In this document: positions 8,378-18,076 of the stretch, piece after piece
Layout of the letters: each line of letters begins with the position of its first letter
Position numbering within the stretch: the stretch's first letter is position 1
The notes under the pieces: model-generated
The model's input: only the letters and a program-made list of their open reading frames with translations
Databases searched by the model: none
Told to the model about the DNA's origin: nothing
Position numbers and translations under genes: made by a program
IMG/VR virus record: IMGVR_UViG_3300031993_000020
DNA from: an uncultured virus (IMG/VR IMGVR_UViG_3300031993_000020)
Taxonomy: Duplodnaviria; Heunggongvirae; Uroviricota; Caudoviricetes
DNA: 64,000 bases
Direction: 5' to 3' (one strand)

Positions 8378-8996
8378 TGTTATTTCCTATATAAGTTAAG
8401 TTTTCTTTTCTACAGATGGTACTCATCATGGTGACAAAATCCATACCCCAGTACACTGGATCAGCCGCATCGTATTGATACAAACGAATACCTCGTTTGG
8501 CCTGCAATTCCTGTTTGCACCATACAGTATATAGATCTAATGCTCCCTTCAGGGTAGGAGAAAATTTTAGAATTCCCAAGTCTTCTTGATATTCAAAAGA
8601 CATATCACCACGAATCCAACCTGCTGCAACTTGACAAAATATTGTACAATGTGATGAAACATCTAATGGCTTACCAATGACATTAGTCACGAATGCGGCT
8701 GTAGGAATTCCTACCTGCTGGCAGTCATATGCAATCAAAGCAGCAATGGAGTCGCACATACCAACATGATATCTCTTGGTCTGAGCAGGTGACTGACAAG
8801 GGAAGTCAAATGGTACCCGATAATTTTGGCTGTCATAATAGACTTGATTAATGTATAGATTATTTTTATTCTTGATCACCTTGCCATCGTAAGTAATGCC
8901 AATTAAATATATGTGATCAATTTGCGAAAGAATCGAATGCAACTGAGCAATTTGCTTATTAGGTTCTTCATTATGTAATGGAAGATGAGCTTGCAT
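8361..8996 (-). CDS. Possible transglutaminase-like (Cys-His-Asp) protein
   Basis: GMCDSIA...SHCTIF...GWIRGD order matches a transglutaminase-like triad. Confidence 0.45.
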   Translation of the reverse strand: MQAHLPLHNEEPNKQIAQLHSILSQIDHIYLIGITYDGKVIKNKNNLYINQVYYDSQNYRVPFDFPCQSPAQTKRYHVGMCDSIAALIAYDCQQVGIPTAAFVTNVIGKPLDVSSHCTIFCQVAAGWIRGDMSFEYQEDLGILKFSPTLKGALDLYTVWCKQELQAKRGIRLYQYDAADPVYWGMDFVTMMSTICRKENLTYIGNNNDRQN

Positions 8997-9010
8997 ATTC
9001 AGTATCCTTG

Positions 9011-9226
9011 TTAAACAATCCTTTTTTGCTCTTGCTGTTCTTGCTGTTCTTTTTCTTTAGCTAGAGCTGCAATGCGTTGTTGCAGCATAAGATTCTTGCT
9101 GTGGTCTAATGCGGCATTCATATCGATAACGCTACAATCTTGAACACCATCGAAATAATGCTTCGTAATGTTGGCGAAATTCTTCAGCTGAATATTGTCG
9201 CTTTGTTGCATTTTGGCTAACCTCAC
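9011..9226 (-). CDS. Small NF-tag protein, paralogue of the C-terminal module of 5647-6276
   Basis: QLKNFANITKHYFDGVQDCSVIDMNAAL versus ELKNFSRIVRKYFDSVQDCSVIDMNGAL. Confidence 0.6.
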   Translation of the reverse strand: MRLAKMQQSDNIQLKNFANITKHYFDGVQDCSVIDMNAALDHSKNLMLQQRIAALAKEKEQQEQQEQKRIV

Positions 9227-9482
9227 AGATAAAAAATACTGGCTACCCTCTGACTGCTATGGAGGAAGCAGCCAGAGGTGTGGTTTCAAGGAGAGTTGCT
9301 GTGCCTTGACGAGAAATCTCGATACCCAAAATAGCCAGTTTTCTGCTACAGAAATTAAGACTGACTCTCGTACCCGCTAGTTTCACAACTATAACAAATA
9401 CGCATGAACAATTTAAGTGTTTTGAGGAGGATTTAAATGTTATGGCTCAATCTTCAAATTTCTGTAGCAAAATCAATTAAAA

Positions 9483-9584
9483 TCAACAATAAGTTAAAGC
9501 TAAAATTAATCCAATACCAAAAAGTGCTGCATAAACAAATGGTAATACATTATCATGTACCCATTGCTTTGTATCATCATCCAT
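9483..9584 (-). CDS. 33-aa single-TM peptide (not in the ORF track)
   Basis: MDDDTKQWVHDNVLPFVYAALFGIGLILALTYC*; ATG overlaps the upstream stop (TGATG). Confidence 0.6.
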   Translation of the reverse strand: MDDDTKQWVHDNVLPFVYAALFGIGLILALTYC

Positions 9585-10099
9585 CATGCTGCCTCTAGTT
9601 CATCAGCGGCAATAACAATGTGACCACAGGCTTGTACAGAATTAAATACCAAGATTTTGTGTTCTTTATCTTCAATACCTTCATTAATAGCATACTCTGT
9701 TATCAGTTGATCATCTTTAAAGGTAGCAATCTTTTTAAAAACACCATCAACCCAGAACTTATCACTATTATCATCATCAGTTACAATATGATAAAAGTTT
9801 TTGAACTCTTGCAGATTATTCTCATCTTTAATCCAGATATTGAGAGCGTCAATATCTTCCTGCGTAGGCAACCGATAAGAATTGAGATCACCATGGAAAT
9901 CAGGACAATTACCTAGCACTTTGAAAAAGGTTGAAGATGGTACTTCTTCGGTTTTAGTATTAACATCTGTCCAAGCATCATGTAGCCAAGCGATATTACC
10001 GACTTTTAGTGCTTCAGTATAGTATTTACAAGTTCCGTCTGCGCGTTTCTGTTTGTAGATTAGCATTAGATGCTCCTTTTTGTTATCTGTCGCTGTCAT
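9584..10099 (-). CDS. Hypothetical protein (171 aa)
   Basis: ORF with GAGG RBS, on the operon strand. Confidence 0.65.
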   Translation of the reverse strand: MTATDNKKEHLMLIYKQKRADGTCKYYTEALKVGNIAWLHDAWTDVNTKTEEVPSSTFFKVLGNCPDFHGDLNSYRLPTQEDIDALNIWIKDENNLQEFKNFYHIVTDDDNSDKFWVDGVFKKIATFKDDQLITEYAINEGIEDKEHKILVFNSVQACGHIVIAADELEAA

Positions 10100-10128
10100 G
10101 TCATGCCTGCCTCGTTCAAATATCTCTG

Positions 10129-10368
10129 TTATGCTTTATCTGACCCGGCATCAGAACCGGCATCGGATTTAGCATCACTAGCACCATCGGAATTGCCATC
10201 GGCTTTCTTATCGGTACTAGCGTCGGACGAAGCGTCTGATTTTGCATCAGAAGCACCATCATGGGTGGCTACTTTGCCGTCTGGTACCACTTGCACTTTG
10301 TCATGATGACAGGACAGAGTAGCGGTCAGCAGAAGAGCCGAAAGTAAAGTGATAGTTAAGTTTTTCAT
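10129..10368 (-). CDS. Small lipoprotein with D/S/A/G tetrapeptide repeats
   Basis: Signal peptide MKNLTITLLSALLLTATLS-C (lipobox), repeats DGAS-DAKS-DASS-DAGS, strong RBS AAGGAGG. Confidence 0.75.
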   Translation of the reverse strand: MKNLTITLLSALLLTATLSCHHDKVQVVPDGKVATHDGASDAKSDASSDASTDKKADGNSDGASDAKSDAGSDAGSDKA

Positions 10369-10384
10369 AATAAAACCTCCTTAA

Positions 10385-12814
10385 TTAAGATACCCAAGAA
10401 CGCTTGAGTATACTGTAGACAGCACGACTGGTACTGTCATTATATGAATAGCCATAATCGTTAGCATTTTCTGCAATGACACCTTTTATGTCATGCCCGA
10501 TTACTGGCCCTCTATCAAGAACGCCATCAAGAGACATAGTCATAATACAATATGAGGAAGAATTTCCCATACTTGTAATATGAAATCTGTTCTCGTTCTT
10601 GTTAAAATAAACGCTGGTGAACATGACGAGTTCTTCAACAGTTTGAGGATCTTCTTCACCATAAAACGATGTACGAACAATAGTACCATCTGCTCGTAAT
10701 TTGATTACAAAGCTTTTTCCTAAGAGCAAATTTGTCACACCAAACAAATAGATTCTATCAGCATTGTCTATTAACAGATTAACAATGAATGGCGAACCTA
10801 AATCTAAATCAGCTATACTAGTTTCCCAGACAGCTAAGCCAGTATTGACATCAATTCTTATAACTTTAGTTTTGTCAGCAATGATATAATCACCGCCACC
10901 GTTATTTAGAATTGCTGCACAAGGGAATTTAGCTGACATTGCTCCATTATGATTCACAACTTGTTCATGAACATGTTCTGTAATAAAAGTACCTGCATTC
11001 CAGACTTGAATAAGGTCACAACTAGCATTATTAGTAGGGTCAGATACTGTAAGAGCATATAGCCCGCTTCTATTCTGTGTAACAGCAACATGCTCCGGAC
11101 GGTAACCTGTGGGCAATGAGATTGTTTCCATCAATGAAGGAACAAGTGTACTTGTATTAACTTGGTACAATCCAATAGAACCGCTGTCTAGGCTTAAAAG
11201 TACATATAAATTACTATTAGAGATGAACAGTGCAGCAGCATCCAGAAAAGTTCGTACTGTAATGTCTGAAGCAGTATAGGTATTAGGATTAGTAGTTACG
11301 CCTAAAGACAGCTTGGCAAAGTGTGGATGAAAACTAGAGTCTATAGCTACGATATAGACACCTGTACTATCAGAAATCATATCTTTAATACGGACATCAT
11401 TGCCAAAAATGTCTTCAGTATAACTGTCTTCATAAAACTTAGCATGTTGTCTAAAAGCGCATAGTTCTTCAGTCTCTTCTTTAGTATAATCAGGATTCCA
11501 GCCGAAACACATGTAGCTGGGACCCATGATGTAATTGCCACCATTGAGCTTAGCACCATGAGCAGGCAATTGTGCATAAATATTTTCTGATGTTGATTTA
11601 AATTCGCAAGCTAATGCTAAGTCTCGGCGAATGATACCTTTAACGGCAGTTGTAGGTGTAGGCGACCTGGTATCAGAGTTCCAGTTTTTATTCATGACGT
11701 TGGTACCAGCTATCATTGGATAAAAATGAATAGTCGCGGGATCTGTTTCGATCTGGTCTGAAACGAAACCACCAGTGATATAGGAACCCATACCTGTTCC
11801 TATGCCTTTTAAATAGTAGGTTGTGTTACCTGAACATTGGTTAAATCTTCTACCATCAGCTGTAAACCAGCCCATAGCACCACGTTCATATGCAGCCTCA
11901 GAACCACCTATGCCAGCACTACCTGTGACGCTCTGTAACGTATAAGGATAGAATGCACGACATTGATTCGCGTACTCACCATAACGACAGTCCCAAGCCC
12001 AATTCTCAGTACGATTTCCTGCATTATTACGATAAGCGCTAAAATTACCACAAAGCCAACCAAAGCGAGAATAAGGTGCATTGTCATTAGGATTAGTTGC
12101 TTCGAATATTTTACCTGTGATATAGCCTTGCGTCCTGGGACAGAAAGTGCAATCTAAACCATTGGTAGCACCTGCCCAAGGAGATGATTGAACTAGTACC
12201 ATAAAGCATTCGTCCTGATTTATAATATAGAGATGTTCAGGAGCAGTAAGCGTTGAAGACGTGGTACGCATTGAAGGAGTATCTCTAAAGGACGCATAAT
12301 ATCCACATATTGGTGTAGCGTGAGCAGGAAACCAATCTGGAGAAGTAATAGTAGGAGTGCCATAGCTTTCGTTTAAGCCAGCAGGGAGAAGTGACATTAA
12401 TAGTCCACCCTGCCAGCCTCCGCCGTCATCATCGACAAAGAAACTAGTACCATTCTTATCTATCAAAGCCGGAAAGATAGAACCTGTGTTGGCTGCTGTA
12501 TTTTTACCCTGTCTCACCTGAGAAAAACATTTATAATGGAGAGGAACTCCGAAGCCGGTGAATGCTATCCATAATGTAGTACCATTAGAATAGGTTAAAG
12601 TTGTATAAGCCATACCATAGCCGACAATAACGCTGCTGTCATCTAAAACACTAACAGTGTCGTTCCAAGACCAGCCAGTACCGAGTCCAACAATGGCATT
12701 TGCTACAGCAGTAAGAGTTTTCTGGCAATAATCCATAACACGAGCATGACCGGAAAGTGTACTACCTGTATAAATAGCAGTAACTTCAGTTGCTTTCCAT
12801 TTTCCAACTGCCAT
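10385..12814 (-). CDS. Putative tail fibre / receptor-binding protein with C-terminal beta-rich domain
   Basis: G/T/S/N-rich. The first ~440 aa resemble 22709-24124 (e.g. GGNYIMGPSYMCFGWN versus NGDFIYIGGGLCLGWD); extra ~370-aa beta-strand-rich tail. Confidence 0.55.
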   Translation of the reverse strand: MAVGKWKATEVTAIYTGSTLSGHARVMDYCQKTLTAVANAIVGLGTGWSWNDTVSVLDDSSVIVGYGMAYTTLTYSNGTTLWIAFTGFGVPLHYKCFSQVRQGKNTAANTGSIFPALIDKNGTSFFVDDDGGGWQGGLLMSLLPAGLNESYGTPTITSPDWFPAHATPICGYYASFRDTPSMRTTSSTLTAPEHLYIINQDECFMVLVQSSPWAGATNGLDCTFCPRTQGYITGKIFEATNPNDNAPYSRFGWLCGNFSAYRNNAGNRTENWAWDCRYGEYANQCRAFYPYTLQSVTGSAGIGGSEAAYERGAMGWFTADGRRFNQCSGNTTYYLKGIGTGMGSYITGGFVSDQIETDPATIHFYPMIAGTNVMNKNWNSDTRSPTPTTAVKGIIRRDLALACEFKSTSENIYAQLPAHGAKLNGGNYIMGPSYMCFGWNPDYTKEETEELCAFRQHAKFYEDSYTEDIFGNDVRIKDMISDSTGVYIVAIDSSFHPHFAKLSLGVTTNPNTYTASDITVRTFLDAAALFISNSNLYVLLSLDSGSIGLYQVNTSTLVPSLMETISLPTGYRPEHVAVTQNRSGLYALTVSDPTNNASCDLIQVWNAGTFITEHVHEQVVNHNGAMSAKFPCAAILNNGGGDYIIADKTKVIRIDVNTGLAVWETSIADLDLGSPFIVNLLIDNADRIYLFGVTNLLLGKSFVIKLRADGTIVRTSFYGEEDPQTVEELVMFTSVYFNKNENRFHITSMGNSSSYCIMTMSLDGVLDRGPVIGHDIKGVIAENANDYGYSYNDSTSRAVYSILKRSWVS

Positions 12815-12816
12815 TT

Positions 12817-13134
12817 TTAAACTCCTAGAGTTTTAGAACAATCAGATAATTCTTTACAAGAAATAGGTTCTTCTTGGTATTCGGACAGCCAGATCAAAAA
12901 GCCATCGGGACAGACTTCAATTTCTGATGTTTCTTCCATATCTTTAAAGAAGTGGATGTGCCCACAATTGCAAGGGAAAACGCCACCAATATAATCTTTG
13001 ACCAGCTCGGAATTAATTAGGTCTTTTGACAATTTCACGGTTGAATCTTCAATTTTATAAGCGCCATAACCGTCCCAGTCATCTTTTAGTTTTGAAAATT
13101 CATCAACTTTTTCAAGCATTTGTTCTTTTGTCAT
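12817..13134 (-). CDS. Hypothetical protein (LKDDWDGYGA motif)
   Basis: 105-aa ORF, ATGA-coupled to the upstream gene. Confidence 0.65.
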   Translation of the reverse strand: MTKEQMLEKVDEFSKLKDDWDGYGAYKIEDSTVKLSKDLINSELVKDYIGGVFPCNCGHIHFFKDMEETSEIEVCPDGFLIWLSEYQEEPISCKELSDCSKTLGV

Positions 13135-13985
13135 TCTACTAACCCCAAAACCGGCATATAGATATTGTTGGTATTCTCAGCTAAAGCTAAGAGTTTCTTT
13201 AGCTTTTCTTCATCTAACACAGTTTCACCGATCTGTATATACGGTTGTGCACCCCATTGTGTTTTTAGCTTGATATTGTCCCAGGAGATATCTATATTAT
13301 CAGTAGAGATAAAACCTGTTCTAACGCTTTCGTACGAAATGTATGTACGATTGTGTATGTTAGACTGAGTGCTTCTGAACAGAAGAGTATCCGGTCTTAA
13401 AACAGCGTAGCATTGAGTGTCATTGTCCTGTAATTTGATTTCTTTGGAAAGAATATCTGGAGCTTCGATGTATTCCAGTTTCAGTTCCCAATCTTGTGGC
13501 CAGGAATCCTTATATGTTTTCAAATAAGGGTGATCATACCAACAATCAAATGTTTCTTGTACGCCATCAATTATCTGTTCTCCAGAAAATCCATACACAG
13601 TGTCAGTAGTATCATTGGTGTTCATATACCAGATCCATGGTACTGATACATAAGTCTCGCCATAAACAGTAAAGGTAATCTGACTTAAATATGGAATACT
13701 GATCTCACATTGATAAATGTTAGCTTCGCCTGTTGGCTGAAAATCAGATTCGTGCAACGTCACTACTTTCTTCGTTGCATTAAAGTTAAGAGTACTCAAT
13801 GGAGTGGCAGTTCCATTATTCATGTACACAGGCACCGTAGAACCGCCAGCATTTGGTTTATCTGTTAAATCATTATAACTACCAGTCGTGGCCGCAGTTG
13901 ATAAGCCAGAGACATTAGAAGCATCAACGACAGGAAACCCACCTGCACCCATTGGCACAATAGTATCTGCGACTTTAACTGACAT
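13131..13985 (-). CDS. Putative tail fibre component (start re-assigned to MSVKVADT)
   Basis: AGGAG RBS before ATG 13985. N-terminus matches that of 14072-15406. LSTAATTGSYNDLTDKP is a fibre-type motif. Confidence 0.6.
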   Translation of the reverse strand: MSVKVADTIVPMGAGGFPVVDASNVSGLSTAATTGSYNDLTDKPNAGGSTVPVYMNNGTATPLSTLNFNATKKVVTLHESDFQPTGEANIYQCEISIPYLSQITFTVYGETYVSVPWIWYMNTNDTTDTVYGFSGEQIIDGVQETFDCWYDHPYLKTYKDSWPQDWELKLEYIEAPDILSKEIKLQDNDTQCYAVLRPDTLLFRSTQSNIHNRTYISYESVRTGFISTDNIDISWDNIKLKTQWGAQPYIQIGETVLDEEKLKKLLALAENTNNIYMPVLGLVE

Positions 13986-14071
13986 GGGTATCACTCCTAA
14001 AAATAAAAGGACGCCCCTGGGTGCGCATCGGCAAGAATTGCTGCTAAGCGTGGGGCGTTCTCTCCGGATAA

Positions 14072-15406
14072 TCATTCATAAACAAAAGTAATTGTACCAA
14101 GGCTAGGATTGGTTGTCTTGTATAACTTATATTCGGCAGTAGCACCAGAAGCATTAGTGACATTAAAGGTACCAGCGAGTTCCATTTCAGTATCAAAGCC
14201 ACCGATCTTACATTGCGCAGGAGCATTCATGCTGCTCGGGAAAGCAATGAAGCCGTATTCGTTTGTTGCTACTGTAAGAGCATAAGAACCTTTGTAATTC
14301 GCCTTCAATGCAGAATTACTCAAAGCACGAACGAAGGCAGAATTGTAGGTACCAGTAACGGATGAACCCCAGTAGACGGAGTCATAGAAGTTAAACGTGA
14401 TGCTCTTCGATGCAGTTTGACTACCTGCAGTAGCAGTAAGCGTAAATGTCTTAGACGATGAAACGGCACTAGCGTTAGTACCAGTAGTAGAGCTAGTGGC
14501 TACTGAAGTTCCATCAAATGTCAAAGCGGTCAGCGGCTTATTAATGCTCCAGGTGAACGTAAGAGACTCTGCAGCAATAGTGGAGCCTTTCTCAAAATTG
14601 AGAGTAGCAGGAGACACAGTATAAGATTTGATTACCAAATCAATTGCCGCATTAAGAGTAGCCAAATCAGTAATTACCTGATCCAGTGAAGCAGCGACGT
14701 TAGTCACACCCGGTTGAGAAACATTGGTATAGGTAATATCCGAAGCACTCATAGAGAGCTGAGTACTGCCAATTTTCTCGTATCCATAAGTGGCAGGAGT
14801 AGTAGAAGAATCTACTACCACCCAGACGTATTCATCATAGATATCAGGGGTCGTTCCGCCGGAGGATTTCAAATACAGAACTCGTTCTTGACCGGGATTG
14901 GGAAGATCTCCGCTAACAACAGTAGTAGTCCAAGCAACACCCGTAACATCATTAATAGTTGCTACTTGAATCGTATCAATGGTGATACCATTAGGAGAGA
15001 TGACTACTTCATGCGACGGAGAAGCACTAGTGAGAGTAATAGACTCTGCTGTAATATCTCCAGAGGCATAATTAGCACCGAAGACGGTAGATAAAGCTGT
15101 ACCGATAGCGGTACTAACATCAGAACCAGTTTGATATCCTGCTGAGTTTCCTAATTCATCGTTGTCGGCATCGACTTCAGCCCAGACATAGCCAGTAGCA
15201 GGAGCGGTTGCTGCTTTAGATACTAACATCTTACCAGCAGCTTCGGGATCTTTCAAACCACCAAGCTCTTTATCGTCATATAGTTTCTGGATAGTTTTCT
15301 TTGTGTGTAATGTATGGTCAGTTTCAATAACTAAATTTTCAGCTTCAGCTACAGGAAATTCACCTGCGCCCATCGGTTTTATTGTATCAGCAACACGTAC
15401 AGCCAT
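14072..15406 (-). CDS. Putative virion structural / tail fibre protein
   Basis: T/S/A-rich. LYLK...YDEYVWV...YEKIGST motif. C-terminal domain shared with 15422-16567. Confidence 0.65.
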   Translation of the reverse strand: MAVRVADTIKPMGAGEFPVAEAENLVIETDHTLHTKKTIQKLYDDKELGGLKDPEAAGKMLVSKAATAPATGYVWAEVDADNDELGNSAGYQTGSDVSTAIGTALSTVFGANYASGDITAESITLTSASPSHEVVISPNGITIDTIQVATINDVTGVAWTTTVVSGDLPNPGQERVLYLKSSGGTTPDIYDEYVWVVVDSSTTPATYGYEKIGSTQLSMSASDITYTNVSQPGVTNVAASLDQVITDLATLNAAIDLVIKSYTVSPATLNFEKGSTIAAESLTFTWSINKPLTALTFDGTSVATSSTTGTNASAVSSSKTFTLTATAGSQTASKSITFNFYDSVYWGSSVTGTYNSAFVRALSNSALKANYKGSYALTVATNEYGFIAFPSSMNAPAQCKIGGFDTEMELAGTFNVTNASGATAEYKLYKTTNPSLGTITFVYE

Positions 15407-15421
15407 CGAAATCTCCCAAGC

Positions 15422-16567
15422 CTAGACAAATAACATACTGAAACTGCCTAGTCCAGAATGTGTTGTTCTAAAAATATGATAAGTACTAAATATACCGTAG
15501 TCACTATAGAAAGAAATAGTGCCACAATCATATAAATCCGTTAGCCAGGAATTAATGTAGCACTGTCCAACAGGACTATATGCTTCCGGTATAGCGATAA
15601 AAGCGTATTTGTTAATGGTTGCTTCAAAGGAATAGCTACCTTGATAAGTGGCAGACAATTTATTATTCGACAAATTTTTGATCCACTGTGATGTGATAGC
15701 AACAGGATTTTCAGCAGCACCCCAATAAATACGATTAGTAAAAGTGATAGGAACAGAACTACTAACAGAGCCTTCAGTATCAGCAGCGGACAGAGTAATA
15801 TTCTGTGTACTATCTAAATCTTGTATTGTGTAAGAACGAATAGAAACTGGTAGTTCTACACCAGCTAATGTCTGAGACGTAATTTCTTTATTATACGTCC
15901 AGGTAAAAGTCAGTGAGACTACCGCCCCTATTTCGAACGTAGTATTCAAAGTTGAAAAAGAAGTAATCTCTAACGGGTGATAATTAATCTGTGCATATAT
16001 ATTGTCCAGTGCCTCTTTAATATTAGATACAGCGGGAGAATACACAGTCTCGTATTGCGCTGCTGTATCGATCATACTCTTAGTAGCAACAGGCTGCATA
16101 ACTGCCAGATTATCGCTTCCATTAGAAGCCGTATCGTAGCTACCTTCAGTCTCATTAGCTAATCGTACAACACCCTTTTGGGTAGTCGTAGCATCTGACA
16201 TACCTGCACCAGCAAGACCCGCTTCAATCATTGCTTTAATGAGAGAAGGAGACACTGATACAGGCATACCATCTGCATAATCCTGTGGATTATCCCAATT
16301 AGCCTGTAAAGCGGTAGCTAGACGAATGATACCCATCTGTTCTTGTGTAGCGATGGGTAATTCTAATTTGGAAATAGAAGTGTTTCCGTCGGAATCAACA
16401 GTGAGTAGCATCTGTACTTCTGCTAATTCCACTAAATCTAAACAACGAGGAGAGTATTGATTCAAGAGCTCTTGATATTTTAACTCTGCCTCGCGTTTCT
16501 CTTGAAACTGATAACAGTAGCTATAATCAGGAGCAAGTGCATCTATTTTTCTAAAAATTACATACAT
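15422..16567 (-). CDS. Putative tail fibre protein (start re-assigned to MYVIF)
   Basis: ATTTQKGVVRLA fibre repeats. N-domain shared with 24143-26611; C-domain shared with 14072-15406. Confidence 0.65.
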   Translation of the reverse strand: MYVIFRKIDALAPDYSYCYQFQEKREAELKYQELLNQYSPRCLDLVELAEVQMLLTVDSDGNTSISKLELPIATQEQMGIIRLATALQANWDNPQDYADGMPVSVSPSLIKAMIEAGLAGAGMSDATTTQKGVVRLANETEGSYDTASNGSDNLAVMQPVATKSMIDTAAQYETVYSPAVSNIKEALDNIYAQINYHPLEITSFSTLNTTFEIGAVVSLTFTWTYNKEITSQTLAGVELPVSIRSYTIQDLDSTQNITLSAADTEGSVSSSVPITFTNRIYWGAAENPVAITSQWIKNLSNNKLSATYQGSYSFEATINKYAFIAIPEAYSPVGQCYINSWLTDLYDCGTISFYSDYGIFSTYHIFRTTHSGLGSFSMLFV

Positions 16568-16659
16568 GATGGTCCTCAAGGACCATCAGCGTCATCATGC
16601 TTTCGCCTGATGCCCGCATTGGCCCATCTCTATAAATATAAGATTTCTCCAGTGATACC

Positions 16660-16692
16660 CTGACCACTTCCACGACTGAAGTCATGAGGTTC
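16660..16692 (-). mobile_element. Orphan IS200/IS605-type end hairpin
   Basis: Minus strand GAACCTCATGACTTCAGTCGTGGAAGTGGTCAG resembles the CCCACGACTTYAGTCGTGGGAG..TCA end of tnpB elements; intergenic. Confidence 0.45.
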
Positions 16693-16813
16693 TGCACAAA
16701 CTAAACTTGTGTTTAAAAATATAAGATATCATACATCTCTCTATCCATGTCGTCTAGCAATCTCTCAGCTACACTGCCTTTTCTTTTAAGTGTTTGTATG
16801 ATATATTTCCTTA

Positions 16814-17338
16814 CTACCACCAATGACAAAGTTTGCCAGTTGTCCAAATAACAATTGCAGCACCGGTAATTCCAAGACCAGAATAAACGACAGCATTGTT
16901 TTGTTTAATTCCACCGCCGATCATTAGAGAAACACCGGTTCCTAATGCAACCCCGGATATAATTCCAGCAACTGTAGCGGCACGGTATTGACGATTAGCT
17001 TCTGCTAATCTATCCTGTAAGAGTTTTTGATACTCGGCCTGTCTCTCGTTTTCGTCTTTTATAGTATTGAGATTGTTCTGTAACTCGAGAATAAGATTCT
17101 GTGAGTCCTCCAGTTGAAGAGTCAGATCCTTATTCAGAGATTCTAGTGTAGAAATTTTGACCTGCATCATATTCCAAGACGTCTCAAGTTCATCAAGAGA
17201 CTTGTCCTGAATATCTAAAAGATCAATCAGAGTGTTAGTATCTGTTGTTAATTGTAACGGTGCTACTTGCAATTGTAAAGACTGTGCCAGAGCATTTGTT
17301 GGCAATAATAAAATTAGTACAAAAATTAAACGGTGCAT
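16814..17338 (-). CDS. Signal peptide, coiled-coil, C-terminal TM protein (spanin-like candidate)
   Basis: Signal peptide ending TNALA, long heptad region, two C-terminal hydrophobic segments. Confidence 0.5.
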   Translation of the reverse strand: MHRLIFVLILLLPTNALAQSLQLQVAPLQLTTDTNTLIDLLDIQDKSLDELETSWNMMQVKISTLESLNKDLTLQLEDSQNLILELQNNLNTIKDENERQAEYQKLLQDRLAEANRQYRAATVAGIISGVALGTGVSLMIGGGIKQNNAVVYSGLGITGAAIVIWTTGKLCHWW

Positions 17339-17441
17339 GATTTAGTTCCTTTGTTGGTATGGGTTCTGTCTACTTGTGCGCCTCTATAGCCTTTCGGAAA
17401 ATTCTCGGGAGTTCGCTGCCTTTGCTAATATATCCGTATTC

Positions 17442-17939
17442 CTAAGGTTCTGTGTTCCCATCTTCGCTCTCCTGAAAGGCTTCTAGTATCCGATTATAAT
17501 CTTCAATAAGACTAATAACGGTTTTCTTAATCCTTTCTTGATTGTCTCGAATATCTTTTATCGTATTACCCGTAGTAGAGGCAGCCACTTTAAGCTCGTC
17601 AATTACTACGGAGGTGCTTTCAACTAGCTCCGTCGCTTTTTGTTGTTTGTTTTCTAAAGCGGTAAGGTCAGACTCGACTCTCGTTAGAGCTTTCTCAAGC
17701 TCTTCGTTTGCCTGTGAAAGCTCAATTAATTCTTTTTCTTTTTCTTCCATGACCTTTTTATGGTGTTGGTAGACAAAGAATACTGTTCCAGCCCAACCGA
17801 GAGCTAAAACAATAATAGCAATCCAGAGTTTTAGACTTGTTCCTGCAGGAGCGCTGGAGACAGCTACCACGACAGGGGAAACAGTTTGCTCTTCAGATTT
17901 TACTTCTTCTACTTTGCTTTCTGTATTTTCTTCTGTCAT
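17442..17939 (-). CDS. TM plus coiled-coil protein (i-spanin-like candidate; start re-assigned to MTEE)
   Basis: AAGGAG RBS before ATG 17939, one TM (LWIAIIVLALGWAGTVFFVY), then a coiled coil. Confidence 0.5.
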   Translation of the reverse strand: MTEENTESKVEEVKSEEQTVSPVVVAVSSAPAGTSLKLWIAIIVLALGWAGTVFFVYQHHKKVMEEKEKELIELSQANEELEKALTRVESDLTALENKQQKATELVESTSVVIDELKVAASTTGNTIKDIRDNQERIKKTVISLIEDYNRILEAFQESEDGNTEP

Positions 17940-18034
17940 GGTAGGACTCCTTTTAGGTAGATATAAAATAAAATTACCAAAAACCGTTGGCACCAACAAC
18001 TTCTAGATAAGCTTCGCCATCTGCCCCTGGTTCG

Positions 18035-18076
18035 CTATCGCCGGACGATTCTGGCGAAGTTACGTAGGTGATTCAT
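18035..18076 (-). CDS. 13-aa mini-ORF consisting only of the NF tag (MNHLRNFARIVRR*)
   Basis: AGGAG RBS 7 nt upstream of ATG; the translation matches the shared N-terminal motif. Confidence 0.5.
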   Translation of the reverse strand: MNHLRNFARIVRR

